From Malacoraja senta (lineage: Eukaryota), in the NCBI GenBank assembly GCA_038087875.1, contig JAXLNO010000543.1:1-64000 (forward strand): a stretch of DNA of 64,000 nt, given 5' to 3'. Shown piece by piece: positions 1 through 12,700 of this stretch (the first letter of the stretch is position 1; every line of letters starts with the position of its first letter). The notes beneath the pieces are model-generated. The model was given only the letters and a program-made list of their open reading frames with translations. It had not been told where the DNA came from and did no database searches. The position numbers were made by a program, and so were the translations under genes.

Positions 1-498
1 TCCCATCCCATAACCTCCACGAACTTATTTAAGTTTCTGGGCACCTATATCTGCAATAATCTAAAATGGCACATCAATGCTGACCACATCATTAAGAAAG
101 GACAACAACGCCTATACTTCCTCAGACAGCTCAAGAAGTTCAGAGTCCACAAACACCTCCTGGTACGCTTCTATCAATCCATCATTGAAAGCATCATCAC
201 CTCCTCAATCACAGTCTGGTACGGAAACACTGACAGTCACTCACTACACAGAATACAGCGCATTGTCTCCAAGGCCTCTAGGATCATCAACTCTCCCCTC
301 CCCTCAATCCATTCCATTTACCTCCAACGTACCTCAAAACGGGCAACAAAGATCATCTCGGACCCCTCCCATCCAGCAAACCACCTTTTCCAGTCTCTCT
401 TTTCAGGGAGGCGCCTCAGGTCACTTGCTACAATATCCACCCGTTTTAAAAACAGTTTCTTCCCCTCAGCAATAAGAACACTTAATTCCCTCCAATAA
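1..498 (+). CDS. Partial (5'-truncated by the window edge) reverse transcriptase ORF C-terminus of the Rex1/Babar LINE, 165 aa, stop TAA at 496-498
   Basis: Manual translation of frame +1 shows no stop before 496-498. It is absent from the ORF track because no start codon lies in the window. Confidence 0.88.
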   Translation, partial: SHPITSTNLFKFLGTYICNNLKWHINADHIIKKGQQRLYFLRQLKKFRVHKHLLVRFYQSIIESIITSSITVWYGNTDSHSLHRIQRIVSKASRIINSPLPSIHSIYLQRTSKRATKIISDPSHPANHLFQSLFSGRRLRSLATISTRFKNSFFPSAIRTLNSLQ

Positions 499-688
499 CT
501 TTTTGACTTTGATGTATACAGTGTCTTGTCTATTGGTTTTGTCTGTTCTTTTGCACTATGAGTTGGTGAGATTTGTGATTTGTGATGTGCTTTATTATTA
601 TGATCTGTGTTGTTATTAGTGTTAATGTGCTAAAGCAGTGTACCATCATGTACCGAACCCAATTACCACCAACCCTGGTCGTGTGGCA

Positions 689-723
689 AATAAAGTTTAT
701 ATTCTATTCTATTCTATTCTATT
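689..723 (+). repeat. LINE 3' terminus: AATAAA plus (ATTCT)4 microsatellite tail, directly abutting the satellite
   Basis: aataaa at 689-694; attctattctattctattct at 701-720; then att running into the satellite sequence tatgcgtcctgatg. Confidence 0.85.
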
Positions 724-3700
724 TATGCGTCCTGATGTTTCGTCACTTTTCAGGTCCTGAAATTTTCTTCGCTTTTTGTGTGCTGAAATTTTGGCGCTTT
801 TCGTCTGCATAAATTTCGTCGCCTTTCATGTTCTGAAATTCCGTCGCTTTATGCGTCCTGTAATTTCGTCACTTTTCGCATGCTGAATTTTCGTCGCTTT
901 TTGTGTTCTGAAATTTCGGTGCTTTATGTGTGCTGATATTTCGTAACTTTTCACGTCCTGAAATTTCGTCACTTTTGCCGTGCTGAATTTTCGTAGCTTT
1001 TCATGTCCTGAAGGATCGTCGCTTTTCGCGTGCTGAAACTTCGTCGCTTTTCGTGTGCTGATATTTCGTCGCTTTTCACATCCTGAAATTTCATCACTTT
1101 TGGCGTGCTGAATTTTTGTTGCTTTTCACGTCCTGAAGGATCGACACTTTTCATGTTCTGAAGGATCGTAGCATTTCGCGTTCTGAATTTTCGTCGCTTT
1201 TCGCCTGCTTAATTTTCGTCGGTTTACATGTCCTGAAATTTCGTCACTTTAGGCGTCCTGAAGGTTCGTCACTTTTCACTTGCTGAAATTTCATCACTGA
1301 ATTTTCGTCGTTTTACGTGTGCTGAATTTTTGTCACTTTACGCATGCTGAATATTCGTTGGTTTTAATGTCCTGAAGTTTCCTCTTTTCGCGTGCTGAAT
1401 TGTCATCACTTTTCGCCTTCAGAATTTTCGTCGCTTTTCGTGTGCTGAAATTTCGCCTCTTTTAACGTTTTTAAATTTTGTCGTTTTATGCGTCCTGATG
1501 TTTCATCGCTTTATGCGTCCTGTTGTTTTGTCACTTTGCACATCCTGAAGGTTCGTCACTTTTCACTTGCTGAATTTTCATCGTTTTTCACAGGCTGAAT
1601 TTTCGTCGTTTTACAAGTGCTGAATTTTTGTCACTTTACGCATGCTGAATATTCGTTGGTTTTAATGTCCTGAAGTTTCCTCTTTTCTCGTGCTGAATTT
1701 TCATCACTTTTCGCCTTCAGAATTTTCGTCGCTTTTTGAGTGCTAAAATTTCGCCGCTTTTAACGTTTTGAAATTTCGTCGTTTTATGCGTCCTGATGTT
1801 TCATCGCTTTATGCGTCCTGATGTTTCGTCACTTTTCGCATGCTGAATTTTCATCGCTTTTTGTGTGCTGTAATTTCGTCGCTTTATGCGTCCTGTAATT
1901 TCGTCACTTTTCGCATGCTGAAATTTCGTCGCTTTTGTGTGCTGTAATTTCGGTGCTTTATGTGTGCTGATATTTCGTCGCTTTTCTCGTCCTGAAATTT
2001 CGTCACTTTTGGCGTGCTGAATTTTCATCGCATTTCACAGGCTGAATTTTCGTCGCTTTTCGCGTGCTGAAATTTAGTCGCATTTCATGTCCTGAAATTT
2101 CGTCGCCTTTCATGTCCTGAAATTTCATCGCCTTTCATGTCCTGAAATTTCATCGCCTTTCATGTCCTGAAATGTTGTTGCTTTATTCGTTCTGGTATTA
2201 TGTCACTTTTCGCATACTGAATTTTCGTCGCTTTTTGTGTGCTGAAATTTCGGCGCTTTTCATGTGTTGAAATTTCGTCGCTTTTCATGTCCTGAAACGT
2301 CGTCGCTTTATGCATCCTATAATCTTGTCTAATTTCGCATGCTGAATTTTATTCGCTTTTTGTGTGCTGAAATTTCACCGCTTTTCGTGTGCTGATCTTT
2401 CATCACTTTAGGTGTCCTGAAGGTTCATCACTTTTCACTTGCTGAATTTTCATCGCTTTTCACAGGCTGAATGTACGTCGTTTTTCGCGTGCAGAATATT
2501 CGTTGGTTTTAATGTCCTGAAGTTTCCTCTTTTCGCGTGCTGAATTTTCATCACTTTTCGCATTCTGAATTTTCATCGCTTTTCGTGTGCTGAAATTTCG
2601 CCGCTTGTCACGTTTTTAAATTTAGTCGTTTTATGCATCCTGATGTTTCATCGCTTTATGCGTCCTGATGTTTCGTCACTTTTCACGTCCTGAAATTTCA
2701 TCGCTTTTTGTGTGCTGAAATTTTGGCGCTTTTCACCTGCTGAAATTTCGTCGCCTTTCATGTTCTGAAATTTCGTCGCTTTATGCGTCCTGTAATTTCC
2801 TCACTTTCCGCATGCTGAATTTTCGTCGCTTTTTGTGTTCTGAAATTTCGGTGCTTTATGTGTGCTGATATTTCGTCGCTTTTCACGTCCTGAAATTTCG
2901 TCACTTTTGCCGTGCTGAATTTTCGTAGCTTTTCATGTCCTGAAAGATCATCGCTTTTCGCATGCTGAAATTTCGTCGCTTTTCGCGTGCTGATATTTCG
3001 TCGCTTTTCTCATCCTGAAATTTCGTCACTTTTGGCGTGCTGAATTTTTGTCGCTTTTCATGTCCTGAACGATCAACGCTTTTCATGTCCTGAAGGATCG
3101 TAGCATTTCGCGTTCTGAATTTTCGTCGCTTTTCGCCTGCTTCATTTTCGTCGCTTTACGTGGCCTGAAATTTCGTCACTTTAGGCGTCCTGAAGGTTCG
3201 TCACTTTTCACTTGCTGAATTTTCATCGCTTTTCACAGGCTGAATTTTCGTCGTTTTACGCGTGCTGAATTTTTGTCACTTTACGCATGCTGAATATTCG
3301 TTGATTTTAATGTCCTGAAGTTTCCTCTTTTCGCGTGCTGAATTTTCATCACTTTTCGCCTTCAGAATTTTCGTCGCTTTTCGTGTGCTGAAATTTCGCC
3401 GCTTTTAACGTTTTGAAATTTCGTCGTTTTATGCGTCCTGATGTTTCATCGCTTTATGCGTCCTAATGTTTCGTCACTTTTCACATCCTGAAATTTCGTT
3501 GCTTTTCATGTTCTGTAATTTCGTTGCTTTATGCGTCCTGTAATTTCGTCACTTTTCGCATGCTGAATTTTCGTCGCTTTTTGTGTGCTGTAATTTCGGT
3601 GCTTTATGTGTGCTGATATTTCGTCGCTTTTCACGTCCTGAAATTTCGTCACATTTGCCGTGCTGAATTTTCGTCGCTTTTCACGTCCTGAAGGATCGTT

Positions 3701-6700
3701 GCTTTTCGCGTGCTGAAATTACGTCGATTTTCGTGTGCTGATATTTCGTCGCTTTTCACATCCTGTAATTTCGTCACTTTTCGCATGCTGAATTTTTGTC
3801 GCTTTTTGTGTGCTGTAATTTCGGTGCTTTATGTGTGCTGATATTTCGTCGCTTTTCACGTCCTGAAATTTCGTCACTTTTGGCGTGCTGAATTTTCATC
3901 GCATTTCACAGGCTGAATTTTCGTCGCTTTTCGCGTGCTGAAATTTCGTCGCCTTTCATGTCCTGAAATTTCGTCGCCTTTCACGTCCTGAAATTTCGTC
4001 GCCTTTCACGTCCTGAAATTTCGTCGCTTTTCACGTCCTGATATTACGTCGCTTTTCGCCTGCTGAATTTTCGTCGCTTTTCACGTCCTGAAGGATCGTC
4101 GCTTTTCCCGTGCTGACATTTCGTCGCTTTTCGTGTGCTGATATTTCAGCGATTTTCACATCCTGAAATTTCGTCACTTTTGGCGTGCTGAATTCTTGTC
4201 GCTTTTCGTGTGCTGAATTTTCGTCACTTTTCACGTGCTGAATTATCGTCGCTTTTCGTGTCCTGAAGTTTCGTCACTTTTCACCTGCTGAATTTTCATC
4301 GCTTTTCACAGGCTGAATTTTCGTCGCTTTTCGCGTGCTGAAATTTAGTCGCTTTTCATGTCCTGAAATTTCATCGCCTTTCATGTCCTGAAATTTCGTC
4401 GCTTTATTCGTCCTGATATTACGTCACTTTTCGCGTACTGAATTTTCGTCGCTTTTTGTGTGCTGAAATTTCGGCGCTTTTCATGTGTTGAAATTTCGTC
4501 CCTTTTCATGTCCTGAAACGTTGTCGCTTTATGCATCCTATAATCTTGTCTAATTTCGCATGCTGAATTTTATTCGCTTTTTGTGTGCTGAAATTTCAGC
4601 TCTTTTCGTGTGCTGATCTTTCATCACTTTAGGTGTCCTGAAGGTTCATCACTTTTCACTTGCTGAATTTTCATCGCTTTTCACAGGCTGAATGTACGTC
4701 GTTTTTCGCGTGCAGAATATTCGTTGGTTTTAATGTCCTGAAGATTCCTCTTTTCGCGTGCTGAATTTTCATCACTTTTCGCATTCTGAATTTTCATCGC
4801 TTTTCGTGTGCTGAAATTTCGCCGCTTGTCACGTTTTAAAATTTAGTCGTTTTATGCATCCTGATGTTTCATCGCTTTATGCGTCCTGATGTTTCGTCAC
4901 TTTTCACGTCCTGAAATTTCATCGCTTTTTGTGTGCTGAAATTTTGGCGCTTTTCACCTGCTGAAATTTCGTCGCCTTTCATGTTCTGAAATTTCGTCGC
5001 TTTATGCGTCCTGTAATTTCCTCACTTTCCGCATGCTGAATTTTCGTCGCTTTTTGTGTTCTGAAATTTCGGTGCTTTATGTGTGCTGATATTTCGTCGC
5101 TTTTCACGTCCTGAAATTTCGTCACTTTTGCCGTGCTGAATTTTCGTAGCTTTTCATGTCCTGAAAGATCGTCGCTTTTCGCATGCTGAAATTTCGTCGC
5201 TTTTCGCGTGCTGATATTTCGTCGCTTTTCTCATCCTGAAATTTCGTCACTTTTGGCGTGCTGAATTTTTGTCACTTTTCATGTCCTGAACGATCGACGC
5301 TTTTCATGTCCTGAAGGATTGTAGCATTTCGCGTTCTGAATTTTCGTCGCTTTTCGCCTGCTTAATTTTCGTCGCTTTACGTGTCCTGAAATTTTGTCAC
5401 TTTAGGCATCCTGAAGGTTCGTCACTTTTCACTTGCTGAATTTTCATCGCTTTTCACAGGCTGAATTTTCGTTGTTTTACGCGTGCTGAATTTTTGTCAC
5501 TTTACGCATGCTGAATATTCGTTGATTTTAATGTCCTGAAGTTTCCTCTTTTCGCGTGCTGAATTTTCATCACTTTTCGCCTTCAGAATTTTTGTCGCTT
5601 TTCGTGTGCTGAAATTTCGCTGCTTTTAACGTTTTGAAATTTCGTCGTTTTATGCGTCCTGATGTTTCATCGCTTTATGCGTCCTGATGTTTCGTCACTT
5701 TTCACATCCTGAAATTTCGTTGCTTTTCATGTTCTGTAATTTCGTTGCTTTATGCGTCCTGTAATTTCGTCACTTTTCGCATGCTGAATTTTCGTCGCTT
5801 TTTGTGTGCTGTAATTTCGGTGCTTTATGTGTGCTGATATTTCGTCGCATTTCACGTCCTGAAATTTCGTCACATTTGCCGTGCTGAATTTTCGTCGCTT
5901 TTCACGTCCTGAAGGATCGTCGCTTTTCGCGTGCTGAAATTTCGTCGATTTTCGTGTGCTGATATTTCGTCGCTTTCACATCCTGTAATTTCGTCACTTT
6001 TCGCATGCTGAATTTTCGTCGCTTTTTGTGTGCTGTAATTTCGGTGCTTTATGTGTGCTGATATTTCGTCGCTTTTCACGTCCTGAAATTTCGTCACTTT
6101 TGGCGTGCTGAATTTTCATCGCATTTCACAGGCTGAATTTTCGTCGCTTTTCACGTGCTGAAATTTCGTCGCCTTTCATGTCCTGAAATTTCGTCGCCTT
6201 TCACGTCCTGAAATTTCGTCGCCTTTCACGTCCTGAAATTTCGTCGCTTTTCACGTCCTGATATTACGTCGCTTTTCGCCTGCTGAATTTTCTTCGCTTT
6301 TCACGTCCTGAAGGATCGTCGCTTTTCCCGTGATGAAATTTCGTCGCTTTTCGTGTGCTGATATTTCAGCGATTTTCACATCCTGAAATTTCGTCACTTT
6401 TGGCGTGCTGAATTCTTGTCGCTTTTCGTGTGCTGAATTTTCGTCACTTTTCACGTGCTGAATTATCGTCGCTTTTCGTGTCCTGAAGTTTCGTCACTTT
6501 TCAACTGCTGAATTTTCATCGCTTTTCACAGGCTGAATTTTCGTCGCTTTTCGCGTGCTGAAATTTAGTCGCCTTTCATGTCCTGAAATTTCATCGCCTT
6601 TCATGTCCTGAAATTTCGTCGCTTTATTCGTCCTGATATTACGTCACTTTTCGCGTACTGAATTTTCGTCGCTTTTTGTGTGCTGAAATTTCGGTGCTTT

Positions 6701-9700
6701 TCATGTGTTGAAATTTCGTCGCTTTTCATGTCCTGAAACGTTGTCGCTTTATGCATCCTATAATCTTGTCTAATTTCGCATGCTGAATTTTATTCGCTTT
6801 TTGTGTGCTGAAATTTCAGCTCTTTTCGTGTGCTGATCTTTCATCACTTTAGGTGTCCTGAAGGTTCATCACTTTTCACTTGCTGAATTTTCATCGCTTT
6901 TCACAGGCTGAATGTACGTCGTTTTTCGCGTGCAGAATATTCGTTGGTTTTAATGTCCTGAAGTATCCTCTTTTCGCGTGCTGAATTTTCATCACTTTTC
7001 GCATTCTGAATTTTCATCGCTTTTCGTGTACTGAAATTTCGCCGCTTGTCACGTTTTTAAATTTCGTCGTTTTATGCGTCCTGATGTTTCATCGCTTTAT
7101 GCGTCCTGATGTTTCGTCACTTTTCACGTCCTGAAATTTCATCGCTTTTTGTGTGCCAAAATTTTGGTGCTTTTCGCCTGCTGAAATTTCGGCGCCTTTC
7201 ATGTTCTGAAATTTCGTCGCTTTATGCGTCCTGTAATTTCCTCACTTTTCGCATGCTGAATTTTTGTCGCTTTTTGTGTTCTGAAATTTCGGTGCTTTAT
7301 GTGTGCTGATATTTCGTCGCTTATCACGTCCTGAAATTTCGTCACTTTTGCCGTGCTGAATTTTCGTCGCTTTTCACGTCCTGAAGGATCGTCGCTTTTC
7401 TCGTGCTGAAATTTCGTCGCTTTTCGTGTGCTGATATTTCGTCGCTTTTCACATCTTGAAATTTCGTCACTTTTGGCGTGCTGAATTTTTGTCGCTTTTC
7501 ACATCCTGAAGGATCGACGCTTTTCATGTCCTGAAGGATCGTAGCATTTCGCATTCTGAATTTTCGTCGCTTTTCGCCTGCTTAATTTTCGTCGCTTTAC
7601 GTGTCCTGAAATTTCGTCACTTTAGGCGTCCTGAAGGTTCGTCACTTTTCACTTGCTGAATTTTCATCGCTTTTCACAGGCTGAATTTTCGTCGTTTTAC
7701 GCGTGCTGAATTTTTGTCACTTTACGCATGCTGAATATTCCTTGATTTTAATGTCCTGAAGTTTCTTCTTTTCGCGTGCTGAATTTTCATCAATTTTCGC
7801 CTTCAGAATTTTCGTTGCTTTTCGTGTGCTGAAATTTCGCCGCTTTTAACGTTTTGAAATTTCGTCGTTTTATGCGTCCTGATGTTTCATCGCTTTATGC
7901 GTCCTGATGTTTCATCACTTTTCACATCCTTAAATTTCGTTGCTTTTCATGTTCTGTAATTTCGTCGCTTTATGCGTCCTGTAATTTCGTCTCTTTTCGC
8001 ATGCTGAATTTTCGTCGCTTTTTGTGTGCTGTAATTTCGGTACTTTATGTGTGCTGATATTTCGTCGCTTTTCACGTCCTGAAATTTCGTCACTTTTGCC
8101 GTGCTGAATTTTCGTCGCTTTTCAGGTCCTGAAGGTTCGTCGCTTTTCGCGTGCTGAAATTTCGTCGATTTTCGTGTGCTGATATTTCGTCGCTTTTCAC
8201 ATCCTGTAATTTCGTCACTTTTCGCATGCTGAATTTTCGTCGCTTTTTGTGTACTGTAATTTTAGTGCTTTATGTGTGCTGATATTTCGTCGCTTTTCAC
8301 GTCCTGAAATTTCGTCACTTTTGGCGTGCTGAATTTTCATCGCATTTCACAGGCTGAATTTTCGTCGCCTTTCACGTCCTGAAATTTCGTCGCCTTTCAC
8401 GTCCTGAAATTCCGTCGCTTTTCACGTCCTGATATTACGTCGCTTTTTGCCTGCTGAATTTTCGTCGCTTTTCACGTCCTGAAGGATCGTCGCTTTTCCC
8501 GTGCTGAAATTTCGTCGCTTTTCGTGTGCTGATATTTCGGCGATTTTCACATCCTGAAATTTCGTCACTTTTGGCGTGCTGAATTCTTGTCGCTTTTCGT
8601 GTGCTGAATTTTCGTCACTTTTCACGTGCTAAATTATCGTCGCTTTTCGTGTTCTGAAGTTTCGTCACTTTTCACCTGCTGAATTTTCATCGCTTTTCAC
8701 AGGCTGAATTTTCGTCGCTTTTCGCGTGCTGAAATTTAGTCGCCTTTCATGTCCTGAAATTTCGTCGCCTTTCATGTCCTGAAATTTCATCGCCTTTCAT
8801 GTCCTGAAATTTCATCGCCTTTCATGTCCTGAAATGTTGTCGCTTTATTCGTTCTGATATTACGTCACTTTTCGCATACTGAATTTCCGTCGCTTTTTGT
8901 GTGCTGAAATTTCGGCGCTTTTCATGTGTTGAAATTTCGTCGCTTTTCATGTCCTGAAATGTCGTCGCTTTATGCATCCTATAATCTTGTCTAATTTCGC
9001 ATGCTGAATTTTATTCGCTTTTTGTGTGCTGAAATTTCAGCGCTTTTCGTGTGCTGATCTTTCATCACTTTAGGTGTCCTGAAGGTTCATTACTTTTCAC
9101 TTGCTGAATTTTCATCGCTTTTCACAGGCTGAATTTACGTCGTTTTTCGCGTGCAGAATTTTTGTCACTTTACGCGTGCTGAATATTCGTTGGTTTTAAT
9201 GTCCTAAAGTTTCCTCTTTTCGCGTACTGAATTTTCATCACTTTTCGCATTCTGAATTTTCATCGCTTTTCGTGTGCTGAAATTTCGCCGCTTGTCACAT
9301 TTTTAAATTTCGTCGCTTTATGCGTCCTGTAATTTCCTCACTTTTCGCATGCTGAATTTTTGTCGCTTTTTGTGTTCTGAAATTTCGGTGCTTTATGTGT
9401 GCTGATATTTCGTCGCTTATCACGTCCTGAAATTTCGTCACTTTTGCCGTGCTGAATTTTCGTCGCTTTTCACGTCCTGAAGGATCGTCGCTTTTCGCGT
9501 GCTGAAATTTCGTCGATTTTCGTGTGCTGATATTTCGTCGCTTTTCACATCTTGAAATTTCGTCACTTTTGGCGTGCTGAATTTTTGTCGCTTTTCACAT
9601 CCTGAAGGATCGACGCTTTTCATGTCCTGAAGGATCGTAGCATTTCGCGTTCTGAATTTTCGTCGCTTTTTGCCTGCTTAATTTTCGTCGCTTTACGTGT

Positions 9701-12700
9701 CCTGAAATTTCGTCACTTTAGGCGTCCTGAAGGTTCGTCACTTTTCACTTGCTGAATTTTCATCGCTTTTCACAGGCTGAATTTTCGTCGTTTTACGCGT
9801 GCTGAATTTTTGTCACTTTACGCATGCTGAATATTCGTTGATTTTAATGTCCTGAAGTTTCCTCTTTTCGCGTGCTGAATTTTCATCACTTTTCGCCTTC
9901 AGAATTTTCGTCGCTTTTCGTGTGCTGAAATTTCGCCGCTTTTAACGTTTTGAAATTTCGTCGTTTTATGCGTCCTGATGTTTCATCGCTTTATGCGTCC
10001 TGATGTTTTGTCACTTTTCACATCCTGAAATTTCGTTGCTTTTCATGTTCTGTAATTTCGTCGCTTTATGCGTCCTGTAATTTCGTCACTTTTCGCATGC
10101 TGAATTTTCGTCGCTTTTTGTGTGCTGTAATTTCAGTGCTTTATGTGTGCCGATATTTCATCGCTTTTCACGTCCTGAAATTTCGTCACTTTTGCCGTGC
10201 TGAATTTTCGTCGCTTTTCACGTCCTGAAGGTTCGTCGCTTTTCGCGTGCTGAAATTTCGGCGATTTTCGTGTGCTGATATTTCGTCGATTTTCACATCC
10301 TGTAATTTCGTCACTTTTCGCATGCTGAATTTTCGTCGCTTTTTGTGTGCTGTAATTTTAGTGCTTTATGTGTGCTGATATTTCGTCGCTTTTCACGTCC
10401 TGGAATTTCGTCACTTTTGGCGTGCTGAATTTTCATCGCATTTCACAGGCTGAATTTTCGTCGCTTTTCGCGTACTGAAATTTCGTCGCCTTTCATGTCC
10501 TGAAATTTCGTCGCCTTTCTCGTCCTGAAATTTCGTCGCCTTTCACGTCCTGAAATTCCGTCGCTTTTCACGTCCTGATATTACGTCGCTTTTTGCCTGC
10601 TGAATTTTCGTCGCTTTTCACGTCCTGAAGGATCGTCGCTTTTCCCGTGCTGAAATTTCGTCGCTTTTCGTGTGCTGATATTTCGGCGATTTTAACATCC
10701 TGAAATTTCGTCACTTTTGGCGTGCTGAATTCTTGTCGCTTTTCGTGTGCTGAATTTTCGTCACTTTTCACGTGCTAAATTATCGTCGCTTTTCGTGTCC
10801 TGAAGTTTCGTCACTTTTCACCTGCTGAATTTTCATCGCTTTTCACAGGCTGAATTTTCGTCGCTTTTCGCGTGCTGAAATTTAGTCGCCTTTCATGTCC
10901 TGAAATTTCGTCGCCTTTCATGTCCTGAAATTTCATCGCCTTTCATGTCCTGAAATTTCATCGCCTTTCATGTCCTGAAATGTTGTCGCTTTATTCGTTC
11001 TGATATTACGTCAGTTTTCGCATACTGAATTTCCGTCGCTTTTTGTGTGCTGAAATTTCGGCGCTTTTCATGTGTTGAAATTTCGTCGCTTTTCATGTCC
11101 TGAAATTTCGTCGCTTTATGCATCCTATAATCTTGTCTAATTTCGCATGCTGAATTTTATTCGCTTTTTGTGTGCTGAAATTTCAGCGCTTTTCGTGTGC
11201 TGATCTTTCATCACTTTAGGTGTCCTGAAGGTTCATTACTTTTCACTTGCTGAATTTTCATCGCTTTTCACAGGCTGAATTTACGTCGTTTTTCGCGTGC
11301 AGAATTTTTGTCACTTTACGCGTGCTGAATATTCGTTGGTTTTAATGTCCTAAAGTTTCCTCTTTTCGCGTACTGAATTTTCATCACTTTTCGCATTCTG
11401 AATTTTCATCGCTTTTCGTGTGCTGAAATTTCGCCGCTTGTCACGTTTTTAAATTTCGTCGTTTTATGCGTCCTGATGTTTCATCGCCTTATGCGTCATG
11501 ATGTTTCGTCACTTTTCACGTCCTGAAATTTCATCGCTTTTTGTGTGCTGAAATTTTGGCGCTTTTCGCCTGCTGAAATTTCGTCGCCTTTCATGTTCTG
11601 AAATTTCGTCGCTTTATGCGTCCTGTAATTTCCTCACTTTTCGCATGCTGAATTTTCGTCGCTTTTTGTGTTCTGAAATTTCGGTGCTTTATGTGTGCAG
11701 ATATTTCGTCGCTTTTCACGTCCTGAAATTTCGTCACTTTTGCCGTGCTGAATTTTCGTAGCTTTTCATGTCCTGAAAGATTGTCGCTTTTCGCGTGCTG
11801 AAATTTTGTCGCTTTTCGCGTGCTGATATTTCGTCGCTTTTCTCATCCTGAAATTTCGTCACTTTTGGCGTGCTGAATTTTTGTCGCTTTTCATGTCCTG
11901 AAGGATCAACGCTTTTCATGTCATGAAGGATCGTAGCATTTTGCGTTCTGAATATTCGTCGCTTTTCGTCTGCTTAATTTTCATCGCTTTACGTGTCCTG
12001 AAATTTCGTCACTTTAGGCGTCCTGAAGGTTCATCACTTTTCATTTGCTGAATTTTCATCGCTTTTCACAGGCTGATTTTTTGTCGTTTTACGCGTGCTG
12101 AATTTTTGTCACTTTACGCATGCTGAATATTCGTTGATTTTAATGTCCTGAAGTTTCCTCTTTTCGCGTGCTGAATTTTCATCACTTTTCGCCTTCAGAA
12201 TTTTCGTCGCTTTTCGCGTGCTGAAATTTAGTCGCCTTTCGTGTCCTGAAATTTCGTCGCCTTTCATGTCCTGAAATTTCATCGCCTTTCATGTCCTGAA
12301 ATTTCGTCACTTTATTCGTCCTGATATTACGTCACTTTTCGCGTACTGAATTTTCGTCGCTTTTTGTGTGCTGAAATTTCAGCGCTTTTCATGTGTTGAA
12401 ATCTCGTCGCTTTTCATGTCCTGAAACATCGTCGCTTTATGCATCCTATAATCTTGTCTAATTTTGCATGCTGAATTTTATTCGCTTTTTGTGTGCTGAA
12501 ATTTCAGCGCTTTTCGTGCGCTGATCTTTCATCACTTTAGGTGTCCTGAAGGTTCATCACTTTTCACTTGCTGAATTTTCATCGCTTTTCACAGGCTGAA
12601 TGTACGTCGTTTTTCGCATGCAGAATATTCGTTGGTTTTAATGTCCTGAAGTTTCCTCTTTTCGCGGGCTGACTTTGCATCACATTTCGCATTCTGAATT

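Larger units (their letters stand above)
1..723 (+). mobile_element. 3' part of a Rex1/Babar-type non-LTR retrotransposon (LINE); the 5' part lies outside the window
   Basis: Frame +1 from base 1 reads FKFLGTYI..LKWHIN..IIKKGQQRLYFLRQLKK..FYQSIIESIITSSITVWYG..IISDPSHPANHLFQSLFSGRRLRSL..TRFKNSFFPSAIRTLN*. I recognise this as the RT thumb/C-terminal signature of Rex1/Babar elements. A T-rich 3' UTR, AATAAA (689-694) and an (ATTCT)4 tail follow. Confidence 0.9.

Noticed and set aside
77..475. 132-aa Ser/Thr/Pro-rich ORF (frame +2)
   Set aside because: Shadow frame of the real Rex1/Babar RT C-terminus in frame +1.
666..687. Small hairpin (ACCA-ACCC-TGGT) before the Rex1 AATAAA
   Set aside because: Only a 4-bp core stem; cannot be distinguished from chance without a family alignment.
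582..812. 76-aa hydrophobic ORF
   Set aside because: Chance read-through of the LINE 3' UTR, (ATTCT)n tail and satellite.
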